From Octopus sinensis (Eukaryota), in the NCBI RefSeq assembly GCF_006345805.1, contig NC_042997.1, positions 28,768,001 through 28,832,000 of the forward strand: a DNA stretch of 64,000 bases. Direction: 5' to 3'. Below, one piece after another: positions 12,401-24,990 of this stretch. The notes under the pieces are model-generated. The model saw only the letters and a program-made list of their open reading frames with translations. It made no database searches and was not told the origin of the DNA. A program made the position numbers and the translations under genes. How positions within the stretch are numbered: position 1 is the first letter of the stretch; the number at the start of each line of letters is the position of its first letter.

Positions 12401-13577
12401 ATTAGGTTGGATGCGGTGCGGGGGAGACGGGAGGACGAGATGAGGTCTTGGACAGTAGAGGATACCGTCTGTTGGTAGCTACGTGTGGGGTAAGAGGCAG
12501 AGGGGAAGAGAAGGGGTGTCATTGAGTTGGCGGAAAGCCTCGGCCCTATAGAGGTCCGCGCGCCAAACCACTACAGCTCCACCCTTGTCAGCCGGTTTGA
12601 TGATAATGTCAGCGCGCCGTTGGAGGGAACGAAGAGCCAAGAGCTCAGCCGGGAGATGTTGAGGCGGCGTTGGCGCCTGGAGAAGTTGAACCGCTCCAAT
12701 GCACGCTGACAAGCGCCAGCGAAAAGATCCACTGCTAGGATCTGGTCAGGGGCAGGCGTCCACGGGGATGGTCGGCGGCCCAGGCCAGTGAAGCAGTCGT
12801 CCTCTTCGTTGGGTGTGGGTGGCGAGTCGTGGTAATGCGCACCCAACCGGACACGGCGCACAAAGCTGTGGACATCAACTCGCGTCTGGAATTCCTTACA
12901 GGATGGAGTGAGGGGGATGAAACGCAGACCCCTACCAAGGACGGAGCGTTCAGCCGCAGAGAGAGGAAGATCGGGGGGAATGGTAACAACAGACGGAAGT
13001 GGAGAAGGGGTGGATGGAATAGAAGTAGGAGGGGTGGTAGGTCCGTTGGAGGTCTGAGGGGGAGGGATTGGAGAGGTTGTTGGGGGTGGTTGGGCGGGGC
13101 AGTAGGGTTAGGTGTAGGTGGATGGAGCCTAACGGGAGGGGAGAAGGGGTTGTAGGGAGGGGCAGTGGGGTTAGGTGTGAGTGGATGGAGCCTATCGGGA
13201 GGGGAGAAGGGTGGTGGAGGAGTTGGGGTAGTGGCGTCGGGTAGGGTGGAATGGAAGAGTGATTGGAGTTTACGAAGTTTGGTATCAGAAAGAAATCTTT
13301 GCTGTAGCATTTATTGATCCGGGGATGATCTGCTACGTGTTTTACAATCAGATGATCCACTCTGATATGTCAACTTCTTATTAGTCTTGCCCTGAAATTG
13401 TATCTTCAAGCCTCTCATAGTTGCAAAGTTTCTACAGCACATATTGCATCTAAAGATGTATGTACATCGTTCGCTATATGAATGCCTAGCCTTACTCGTG
13501 CCCGAGGTTATTTCCATGTCAACTGCGTTTGATTGACACATACACGCAATATATATAAGCATACACACACACACACG

Positions 13578-13633
<56 letters not shown>

Positions 13634-13821
13634 CATACATATACATATATATGTACACATATACATGTATACATATACATATATGGATCTAGACTGCAAA
13701 GTCAAATCTCAAATACATGTTATTCAAGTATAGTTCCTCAAATCCATGTTTATAGTGAGTTGTGTTTATGTGTGTATATGCATATATATGTGTATGTTGT
13801 TGCGTATATTTGTCTATATGT

Positions 13822-14232
13822 ATACGTCCGCTTTTCATGCTAGCATGGGTTGAACGTTTGAACTGGGTTCTGGGAAGGCTGCACTAGGCCCAGTCTGATC
13901 TGACAGTGCTTCTAAAGCTGGAAGCCCTTCCTAACGCCAACCACTCCGTGAGTGTAGTCGGTGCATTTTCCGTGCCACCGGTACGGAGGCCAGACGAAGC
14001 TAGCAATAGCCATTATCGGATAGTGCTTTTTACGTGTCACCGGCACGGAGGCCAGTCGGGGCGGCGCTAGCAACGACCACGATTGGATGGTTCTATTACG
14101 TGCCACCGGCACTGGTATCACAGTCATAAGTTCGATTGATGTTGATCGATTTCGATTTTCACTTGCCTCAACAGGTCTTCACAAGTAGAATTTTGTGACC
14201 CAAGAAGGAAAGGTATGCATAAGTGGACTGGC
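13822..14232 (-). mobile_element. Non-autonomous retroposon / RTE-type 3' end with internal ~60-bp repeats
   Basis: Contains GCCCTTCCTAACGCCAACCACTCC and three diverged copies of (T/C)GTG(C/T)CACCGG(T/C)AC. The minus-strand 3' end CCCATGCTAGCATGAAAAGCGGACG resembles RTE-associated tails (inference). Confidence 0.55.
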
Positions 14233-14933
14233 TATATATATATATATATATACGTATATATTCGTCCTTACGTGTGAGTATGTGCGTGTATCTAGTTGTA
14301 TGTATATGCATATATACTTGGATGTGCGTGTGTGAGCGCGTATGAATTTGTGCCTATATATATATACATGTGTGTGTGTCTATGTGTATGTGAGTGTATG
14401 TGTGTATGTGTGTGTGTGTGTGTGTGTCTGTGTATGTATGTATGAGTCGAAGCAGGAACACAATATTTTTTCTTCTAATTATTATCTTCTTTCAACTTCT
14501 ACTTCCTTTTCATTCTCTTCTTAACAGTTACCTCAGTGAAAGCTCATTACTTCATTTTCTCTAAAGTAGAATGTATACTCTCCACGTTCATATTTGATTT
14601 TTTTTTGCGTTTCAATAATTTTTCTGTTTTTTTCTCATTATACAATTTGATGGACATATAGCGGTGCGCAAGCCGACTGAAAAAATCTCCAGTGAGCCTT
14701 TCTTTCTTTTTTTGATGTACCTGAAGAGAGACAGAACGGGCCGGAACATGTGTTATACGCAAAAAATTCTATGACACATTCCATTCCCTATTTTATTCTT
14801 ACTGTTACCCCAAACGCCACTACAAAATTCCTGAAATAAAGCTACAGATAAAAATAGAAAACAGGTATTCGTAACTGTACCGGTGCTGTACAAATCATTA
14901 ATTTATTACTTGATACATTTTGTATAATTTATC

Positions 14934-14984
<51 letters not shown>

Positions 14985-15277
14985 GATACATACAAATATA
15001 CATATGAACATCTTTCAGCTTCAAAATATCAAGTCTACTCACAAGGCTTTTGGTCGGCCCTACAATATAGTGGGAAAATATAGAGATATAAATACTCATA
15101 TACGTACATATATATACATAGAAGTATATATACATATACATACATGTATACATATACATGCATATATACATATATATATATGTGTGTGCGTATATACTTA
15201 TATATATATATATATATATATATATGCATTTATTTTATCGTCTTATCTCTCCCTCTCACTTTATGTGTCTCTGTATT

Positions 15278-15308
<31 letters not shown>

Positions 15309-15675
15309 ATTTATATATAGAGGGCATTATACATACATGCCAGAAAGCATTATGCATACATGCCACACGCTAAGAGGGACAATTAGCCATTTCTACCAAA
15401 AAAATTACTAATCCCACCGAATGCAATTTTTCAAAGTAAGACATTTAAAAAATATAGACCTGTATCACTGTGATTTCATACATACTTAAGTAGTTGTCCT
15501 TAATTGCTAAATTTTTATTCCGAAAAAACTTTTCCTCTCCCGAAATGCAATTCGTAAAAGTTTGCCATTTATCCGGATGTAATATATGTAAACTCACCCA
15601 TGTGCTTCGTTGATGTTGATCAGTTAGCTGATCGGCTTAAGCGTGGCAGGGTCGTTGTTTATTTATAATACATTC

Positions 15676-15723
15676 AGGCCTGCTGATGAATACGTAAGTA
15701 TGAAATCAGTGTGATACAGGTCT
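15676..15723 (+). ncRNA. Type I hammerhead ribozyme, unit 1
   Basis: AGGCCTG-CTGATGA-ATAC(GTAA)GTAT-GAAA-TCA(GTG)TGA-TA-CAGGTCT. All three stems pair and loop II is a GNRA. Predicted cleavage after 15716 (AUA). Confidence 0.9.
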
Positions 15724-16153
15724 ATATTTTTTAAATGTCTTACTTTGAAAAATTGCATTCGGTGGGATTAGTATATTTTTGGTAGAAATGACTAATTGTC
15801 CCTCTTAGCGTGTGACATGTATCTATAATGCCTTCTGCATGTATGTATAATGCCCTCTATATATAAATTAATATGTTCAATAAGAAATAATTATTTTTCG
15901 AATTTTTTCTCTTATGAGGTTTTCACGCTATCTACCTGACAATTTCTTGTTAAGTTTTCCTTATTAAGTAGTTGTCCTTAATTGCTAAATTTTTATTCCG
16001 AAAAAACTTTTCCTCTCCCGAAATGCAATTCGTAAAAGTTTGCCATTTATCCGGATGTAATATATGTAAACTCACCCATGTGCTTCGTTGATGTTCATCA
16101 GTTAGCTGATCGGCTTAAGCGGGGCAGGGTCGTTGTTTATTTATAATACATTC

Positions 16154-16201
16154 AGGCCTGCTGATGAATACGTAAGTATGAAATCACTGTGATACAGGTC
16201 T
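16154..16201 (+). ncRNA. Type I hammerhead ribozyme, unit 2
   Basis: Same as unit 1 except stem III reads ATCAC-T-GTGAT (palindromic). Predicted cleavage after 16194. Confidence 0.9.
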
Positions 16202-16503
16202 ATATTTTTTAAATGTCTTACTTTGAAAAATTGCATTCGGTGGGATTAGTAATATTTTTGGTAGAAATGACTAATTGTCCCCCTCTTAGCGTGTGGCATG
16301 TATGTATAATGCCTTCTGGCATGTATGTATAATGCCCTCTATATATAAATTAATATGTTCAATAAGAAATAATTATTTTCGAAATTTTTTTCTCTATGAG
16401 GTTTTCACGCTATCTACCTGACAATTTCTTGTTAAGTTTTTTCCTTATTAAGTAGTTGTCCTTAATTGCTAAATATATATATATATATATGTGTGTGAGT
16501 GTG

Positions 16504-16538
<35 letters not shown>

Positions 16539-16736
16539 GTGTTTGTGTGTGTGTGTATACATATCCTCATACATACGATTGCATATTTATATATAACTAT
16601 TCACCTGCATGCATAAACATATATGAGTTTATGAATTTATTCGCGCACGCGTTTGTTAATCAGTAAAATACGTTACCTTTATTTGGAAAGGGAATAAGGG
16701 ATTTTAATAAAACGAAAGGAAAACAAATGAAAGCAC

Positions 16737-16835
<99 letters not shown>

Positions 16836-17080
16836 AATATATCTATCTATCTCAATCTATCTATGTATTTACACAAAGTAAAATTCCTTTGTGTATTGTA
16901 TGGAAAGTAGATTGAAGTGCTCAGATAATAGCCCGAGACGCATGTATAACAGTTCATAAATATACAAATGTATCAGTTATTAAAATATTAAAACATGTTA
17001 TGAACACATCAATATTCATTTATAAATACATGAATGGGATTAATTTAGAAAGTGTAGATGTCTAAAAGTATATATATATA

Positions 17081-17178
<98 letters not shown>

Positions 17179-17321
17179 TAGGAGATTTATAATTTCAATC
17201 ACATTAAAAAGCGTTGAAGAATTGTGTTGTAAAAATTATTTACGAATAAATATGCCCTCAAGAAAAGGTGAATAAAATATAATCTTACGATAAGAGCGAA
17301 TAAAGAAAACTCATAGCGTTG

Positions 17322-17421
17322 NNNNNNNNNNNNNNNNNNNNNNNNNNNNNNNNNNNNNNNNNNNNNNNNNNNNNNNNNNNNNNNNNNNNNNNNNNNNNNN
17401 NNNNNNNNNNNNNNNNNNNNN
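17322..17421. other. Assembly gap (100 N)
   Basis: Run of exactly 100 N. Confidence 1.
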
Positions 17422-17524
17422 CGCCACATTTTTATACTTAAACATACACAATTCCAAATTACACAAGATTACATTAACGGCATATATACAGATCTATTTT
17501 TCCACCAATGTCTACGCGTTCTCG

Positions 17525-17555
<31 letters not shown>

Positions 17556-17960
17556 TCTCTCTCTCCCCCTCTCTCTCTCTCTTTACCGCCTGAAACAGAA
17601 AAAGATCTTGAAAACAAACTTCACCGCCTTAGCAAAATTCTTCATTCATAAATATTTACAAACATCATTGTATCGACAAGTATTTGTAAATATTCAGAAT
17701 TACCTTCCTTTCTTTTATAGCATTCTTTAAACAGACAATATTATCTTATGGCTTAGAAATTACTACTTATTTACTTATCTTATATTCTATTAGCTTTGTA
17801 GCTTTTTAAGAAGAAAAATCTTCCAGAACCATCAAACATCCATAAAAACACAGAAAAAATAATTTTAAGGTGCAAAAATCTTATTTACTTATCTGATTGT
17901 TATTAATGTTTACCAGAAAAAAATCAGACTTTATCCAATAAAAATGAAAATGTTGTTATT

Positions 17961-18002
<42 letters not shown>

Positions 18003-18276
18003 AATAAATAAAGAGAGAGTGAGTGAAAAAGAGAGAGAGTGAGAGAGATGTAGTGTGTATGTGAGTATGTGTGTGCGTGTGCGTCTACAGAGAGATAGAT
18101 AAATGGTGAGAAAGGCACCGTTCAATAATAAAGTGAAAATGTTTTTGAGAGAGCGAGAGGCGCTGTTTGGTCCCACTCCCTCTCTCAATGTTATTTCCAT
18201 TTCTCACTTATCTGTTTTACTTTTACTCTACTACTCTCTTACCGCGTGATTCTGAACATACTTGCAAACCAGCACA

Positions 18277-18439
18277 TTATTTACATTATTTACATTTGAC
18301 GGATATTTGTCCTCATCTTGTTTCTTGTTAACACAACATTTCGGCTGATATAACCTCCAGCATTCATCAGGTGTCTTGGGAAAGTTTCGAACCTGGGCTC
18401 TCATTCTTAAGGTATTTTTGTATGTTGTTGTAGCTGTTA

Positions 18440-18440
<1 letters not shown>
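18277..18440 (-). mobile_element. Short hammerhead-bearing repeat (family H), copy 1
   Basis: Minus strand GACAC-CTGATGA-A-(T)GCTG..CAGCC-GAAA-TG-TT-GTGTT at 18330-18375, followed by an (AATGTAAAT)n tail. Homologous to 33225-33345. Confidence 0.8.
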
Positions 18441-19466
<1,026 letters not shown>

Positions 19467-19689
19467 TTTATGCTTGATTTGCATTTGTAGAAGTTGGATC
19501 CAAGTTTCCTCCAGAGAACTCAAGCGACAACAAGATAGAAGTTCATGATGGGGTTATGCTTAGGGTGGCATATATTTCGTTTTTTACATAGTGTTATTCT
19601 AGAGGATGTTAAGAAACAATAAGAAACTTATGTGTTTCTTTTAAAATTTGAGATTACATAGACAGTATTTTACGCAATATATGGGCAGT

Positions 19690-20110
19690 TCCAGATAATC
19701 AGTTGAGTTCCACGTTATCTTTCCAATTTCGGCTGATATGCTCCAGATTGCTCAAGTCTGACCACTCCCAAGAAAAAACTAATCTAAGAGCACTAGATTC
19801 CTTAGAAGAAAACAGCGTATATATGCGAAAAGAAAACAAGGACGGAGAAAAACGGAGGAATGGTACACGAATGCAAATGCAAATAACAGGATAATAACAT
19901 CATGTGTCTTCCGATTAAGGACGAATTATATTAAGCTGGTATGTGTGGAGGTGCGTCCTTACAGAAGGAGCATAAGTGAAGACACGCATCGGGAGGAATA
20001 TTGCTGTTGCACGGATGTTAGTCAAACCAAAACCAGAAAAAGGAAGATCAGACTTGGCCGAACACTAGTCACGTGGATGGAGAGGAGAGATGTAGAGGCA
20101 GAGGTATAGA
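19690..20110 (-). repeat. Repeat family D, minus copy
   Basis: Homologous to 21140-21600 (CCAAGGAATCTAGTGCTCTTA, GATTGGAGCAATCT, CCAGCTGAATTCAATTCGTC-like blocks). Confidence 0.7.
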
Positions 20111-20311
20111 AGAAGTGGAAGGGACGAGAAAAAAAGGAACGGGAAAGAGTGAAATGAAAGACGAGGGAAGATGAGAATGAAGATAACTTCAGGAAAAGTG
20201 AGAGAGGGGATACGAAAGAAAGAAGAGTGGAATGAACGAAGTAAGTGTGAAGTGGGTGATAGAAAAAAAGAATGAAAGAATAAGAGAGTCGTACAAAATA
20301 TATCTATTTAC

Positions 20312-20381
<70 letters not shown>

Positions 20382-20552
20382 CTTTCTCTCTGTATATAAT
20401 AATTACTATTTGAGGGAATATCATTCCTAACTTTCAGAGAAAAATTCAATTTAGAAATACTAAATTAAATTTCACAAATTATAATATGTATATATTTGTT
20501 TCTTCAGTCGGGTTCCAGACCCCTGTTGTTAATACCTGTTATCTGCATTTTA

Positions 20553-20612
<60 letters not shown>

Positions 20613-20759
20613 TATAAATTAGAAAAAACAACTTTGTCAATTCAAAATGAACAATTAAATTGCACCATCTAGAAACCTACATATAATAGAAATATTAAAA
20701 TAGCAATAATATACCGATGATTAAGTAAATTGCAAAATAATAATAAAAACGTATATATA

Positions 20760-21610
20760 TATATATGTACTTACATATACGTGTACGTACGCCGCCATAT
20801 GTATATAAAAAGGAATATAAAATGGGACAAGAATGCCATACATCCAAAGAGTTAGATGATGCAAAAAAGGGACAAGAAAAAAGCAATGACGGGTAATTGG
20901 GAGTTTCTTTCCTCGGTTGTGTTCCAGATTATATATGCAATTTCATTTGGTTATAATCTAGATTGCTCCAATCTGGCAGGTCCCAAGGAAAAGCTAAAGT
21001 AAGAGCACTAGATTCCTTGGAACAAGGAAAACAAGGACGACAAAACGGAGGGATTGTACAAAATTATAAATGCAGATAACAGGATATTAACAACAGGGGT
21101 CTGGAACCCGACTGAGGAAACAAAACTGCGAATGACCCATCCTTGTTTTTTCTTGTCCCACTTTTGTTCCTCTTTTCCTCTCCTCTTCTCACGAGACCGT
21201 TGGCCGCCTACTGACCTTTTTGGGTTTGGCAGCGGTCACTGTCACATCGACGCTTTTGCTCTGTCGCAAGGCTTAATTCCTAACACGCCAGCTGAATTCA
21301 ATTCGTCTACAGTGGAAAGACGCCTGTTGTGATGTCCTGTTATTATTATTATTATTGTTTTTTGTATTATTTTTGTATTTATATTCGTGTAACATCGTCT
21401 TTTTCCGTCCTTGTTTCGTATACATTCGAAGCTTTTTTCCAAGGAATCTCAAGCTCTTAGCTTAGTTTTCCCTTGGGCTGACTAGATTGGAGCAATCTCA
21501 AGATTAATCAGCTAAAATTGCGAGGATGATCCGGTTCTTGACTGAAGATTAGAGGCTTCGAATACCCCGTCCGTGTTTTTTTTTATCGTCTTCTGGCTGT
21601 TTTGCGTTCT
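20760..21610. mobile_element. Repeat family D: inverted partial copy (20760-21090) joined to a forward 1+ unit
   Basis: Orientation flips near 21090. CTGA(G/A)GA-containing motifs at ~21105 and ~21551 are ~446 bp apart. The inversion junction is duplicated in reverse at ~20500-20555. Confidence 0.65.
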
Positions 21611-21623
21611 TGTACCATTTATA

Positions 21624-21672
<49 letters not shown>

Positions 21673-21864
21673 ATATATATGTGGTGTGTGTGTGTGTGTG
21701 TGTGTTTGTGTGTACATGTGGAGGGGTATGTCTGTATGAAATACATGTATATATCGTATTTGTATTACTCTATCTTTGGTATATATATATATATTATATA
21801 TATATATAATATTATATATATATATATGTATGTATGTATTTCTCATTTATTTACGGTCGGTGTA

Positions 21865-21925
21865 CTCTACTGAAGAACGTAGAGCGATTTTAACGTCACA
21901 AAACATGAAATCTTGAGATATAGAG
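21865..21925 (+). ncRNA. Type I hammerhead motif, intact core, weak stem II
   Basis: CTCTA-CTGAAGA-(30 nt)-GAAA-TCTTGAGA-TA-TAGAG. Stem I CTCTA/TAGAG, stem III ATCT/AGAT. Predicted cleavage after 21920. Confidence 0.65.
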
Positions 21926-22099
21926 CTGTCCACAATATCTTTATAAATCCTTCTGTCCATTTCCCTTGCAGAGAGCCTTGTGTTAATCAGAGTAACAAAG
22001 TAAGTGGTTTGTAGTGGTTTGACGTCTATTTCTAGTGTACAGGTGGTTTCCCTCCAGCGCCCTTCATTATATTTATATTTTTATAATTATATTTCAAAT

Positions 22100-22800
22100 A
22101 ATTATTTAACACATATTATTTCTTTGTAAGCAAGCCACTGATAAATCATTAATTAATGACTTTATCCTAATCATGTATATGAGCACAGGTAAACTTGTGT
22201 ACTTTTACATATCTTGCACCTGTCTTAAATATATGCTTATATAGCTGATTTAGTATCTTCTGTGTGTAACTCACTAATATTCTTCCATTCCATATGGTTT
22301 CTAGATATGTATAACGAATCTCTATCCCGGATTTCTTTTTTTCTTTCAGTTATAAGCATTTGCTGAAGTGGCTATTAAATTCGTCTTACTATCTTCTATT
22401 GACTGCATAAAATTGCTTCTTTCTTTCGTATTTTTGTCATATAATTTGTGTTTAACTCTTAGCATACATGGCCACAATTTTCTATACATATTACATTCAA
22501 ACTGCAGTGTGTATTGAATCACAAAACTTATGTATTTCAATACTACAGTCAAATGCGTGTAAATGTAAACACAATCACTTTCACTCTTAGTCTAACGCGA
22601 TCTTTACTACGACTACCTGCTTTTATGCTCAGTCGCTTATGAATCACTTGAGAGTGCTTCTGATGGTATGTGGGAGAGATGTGACGTGATCATCAGTCTT
22701 TAACAATGTGCACATTTCTTTGACTTCCAAAAAGCTTGTTTCCCACTGGAGAAATGTATGGGACTGAAATGTTAAATATCCAGAAATCTATAAAATACTT
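22100..22800 (-). pseudogene. Degraded PLE linker/endonuclease relic
   Basis: Minus-strand fragments VPYISPVGNKL, VIQYTLQFECNMY and RDRDSLYISRNH resemble the PLE pre-EN and EN regions. Many stops. Confidence 0.45.
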
Positions 22801-23503
22801 CAGGTAAAATCTGTGTCTCTAACGTATGTCCTCTCAGTCATCACTCATCCACCCACCTCCCTTTCTGGGTTCAGTTCCAATGGCAAGTGTTTTCTGCTAT
22901 AACCTAGGGTCGAAGGAAAACGTTGTGTAATTATAAAGACGAAATGCATTGAACAGCATTCTTTACTTCGTGTCACTACTACGACCATAGTAAGATGTTG
23001 AGATGATATATTCAAGAAATTGCGTAATGAATATCATCCGTCAAATGTGTTAAATATGTTTCTTCGGGTATTAGTTTAAATAAATCTGTCATTACATCAT
23101 AACTCCGTTACGATCTCTACGAGAAATAAAAGCCCAAGCAGTGTGTTATTTTCAGCAATTTACAGATAAAACTAAATCCACAGATATCGTGAGAAATAAA
23201 ACGCAAGTCTAATCAAATAATAAGAATTGCAGAAACAAAAAGCAAACATTCGCAAAAGAAATAAAAATAATCAATATCAAGTTAACTATAAATTACAATT
23301 CTATCTTTCTTCATGGTCAGCTTAATAGAAAGTACAAGACAATCTGAATGATGAATGCAATTAAGCGTTTGGAGATGATAATGTGACAAAATGATAAAAA
23401 CTATTTCCGTGCTTATCAACTATTTATTTGAAAGGTATCTTAGTTACACACACACACATACACACACACTCACACACACACAGAGTAACACCCCCGTTAC
23501 TCT

Positions 23504-23539
<36 letters not shown>

Positions 23540-23645
23540 GAAAACCATCAGGATCTATTCCAAACTAGAATCTGCTTCTGTACAAATTTAATTTATCACT
23601 GTCTAGCTTTTGTATCCTTTTAGAAAATATGTATAGCATATCATT

Positions 23646-23739
<94 letters not shown>

Positions 23740-24099
23740 GTGTGTGTGTGTGTGCAGCACAAACACGCTTCTTACACACATTCTTACTGTTTTCACGATT
23801 TATATTAATACAAGTTGATTTCAAAGTTAATCCGTCACAGAAGTTTCATACGTACACCTTACATACAACATAATTATTTTCAAAACAGAAACAAGTAGAA
23901 TATGATTAAAGTAAATTAAAATACATTAAAAAGATAGCATCAAAAATATTTTTCGATCTTAAATTTTTTCACTTTTGGATTATGGTTTAATTTAGGAACT
24001 AGTTTGGATTGACAATTTTCCTGTTAATCTGTCAATGTCAAAATGCATAGTGTCTCTTTAGAACAATGATTACAGTTACTGGAAAATTTATTCTACGTA

Positions 24100-24430
24100 T
24101 ATTAATGCTTTCACTGTCCATGTCATGCAGTATTGTACATTTCTTTCCTTAATTCCCTAGACAAGGCCGGCGGCGGAAATGTACTTCTTGCTAATGATTT
24201 TACACGATACAATATGATTGCTATATTTTTCGTCCCACCAACATATTCAAATGCAACTGCTTCCGTTCTATCTGTACATTTATATATCACGTTCTTTTAA
24301 ACGCATTCATTTCCAGGGGCTACGTGTTCTTTTTCTTACTATTACATTCCTTTCCCACATTATTTTCTATATTGATAAAATAATAAGCAGTGTGCTCAGA
24401 GCTGATAGTTTGTGCAGCTTCGTCATCTGT
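24100..24430 (-). pseudogene. Degraded PLE GIY-YIG relic
   Basis: ECNSKKKNT*PL..GNECV*KNVIYKCT...AFEYVGGT...ALSRELRK follows the CNCR..CPL.G.C..NVIYK..YIG.T pattern. Confidence 0.6.
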
Positions 24431-24699
24431 AAGTACCGATACTTCTTATAGCAGAAAGAGTTGTGCGGTAATGAAGTTAATTATTAAAATCGTGTCCGTT
24501 TGTCATTCATAAATACATATTTTGCACTCTAACCTCCTAACACATTAATCCAAATCACACACATACACACACACACAGAGACACGTACACACCTACATAT
24601 GTATCTTGACTTATAACAACTGTATATAAGTATAGCTATATTTTATTGTTCACGTTTGAGGCTATGTCGGCGCACCGCTTTTAAGTGTGATTGACTTTC

Positions 24700-24990
24700 A
24701 TTCCTCTACAGTTTCTTGTGAAGTAGTGAGTTGGACAGAATTGCTATTCTTTGTGCCTCTTGCTACGATATGGTTTCATCTGGTATTTCAGAAAAATATT
24801 TGTGCAGGCGTGCTTTGAAGATACCTGCATTGACACTTTACAAATCCCTAAGGCTGTCAGGCAGAATATTGAACATTTGTAGACCAATGGGACACAATTT
24901 GTTGCAGTACGGGATCCTTTCTGTACAAATAAAGAAGAACGAGAGCCTTGGTACTGTGCAGTATTATACACTCCAGTTTTTGTTATAATG
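24700..24990 (-). pseudogene. CR1/L2-like LINE 3' end relic
   Basis: Minus strand GLQMFNILPDSLRDL*SVNAGIFKARLHKYFSEIPDETIS resembles the FN.LP...FK..LD..L..IPDEP C-terminus of CR1-group LINEs. Confidence 0.6.

Larger units (their letters stand above)
9749..13400 (-). mobile_element. Penelope-like retroelement, 5'-truncated and frameshifted
   Basis: Contains IIIKPADKGGAVVVW, the RT domain (YFLPKIHK..PGRPIVS, TMDIQSLYT, GVAMGTRMGPNYANLF, RYIDD at 11856-11867) and a GIY-YIG endonuclease (NIIYCISCSLCNSLYIGQTGRRL). The 3' region has tandem repeats and a terminal HHR motif and ends in (TA)n. Confidence 0.95.
15307..16472 (+). mobile_element. Hammerhead-containing tandem repeat (two ~480-bp units plus inverted truncated copy); retrozyme/PLE pLTR-like
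   Basis: AAGTAGTTGTCCTTAATTGCTAAA recurs near 15488, 15966 and 16451. Segment 15307-15488 is the reverse complement of the HHR 3' half and its downstream ~150 bp. Flanked on both sides by (TA)n. The track shows no ORF of 60 aa or more inside the units. Confidence 0.88.

Noticed and set aside
15488-16472. Regularly spaced repeats as a CRISPR array
   Set aside because: Eukaryotic context, ~480-bp whole-unit repeats, no unique spacers and no cas genes.
17199-17429. ORF spanning the N run
   Set aside because: Artefact of the assembly gap.
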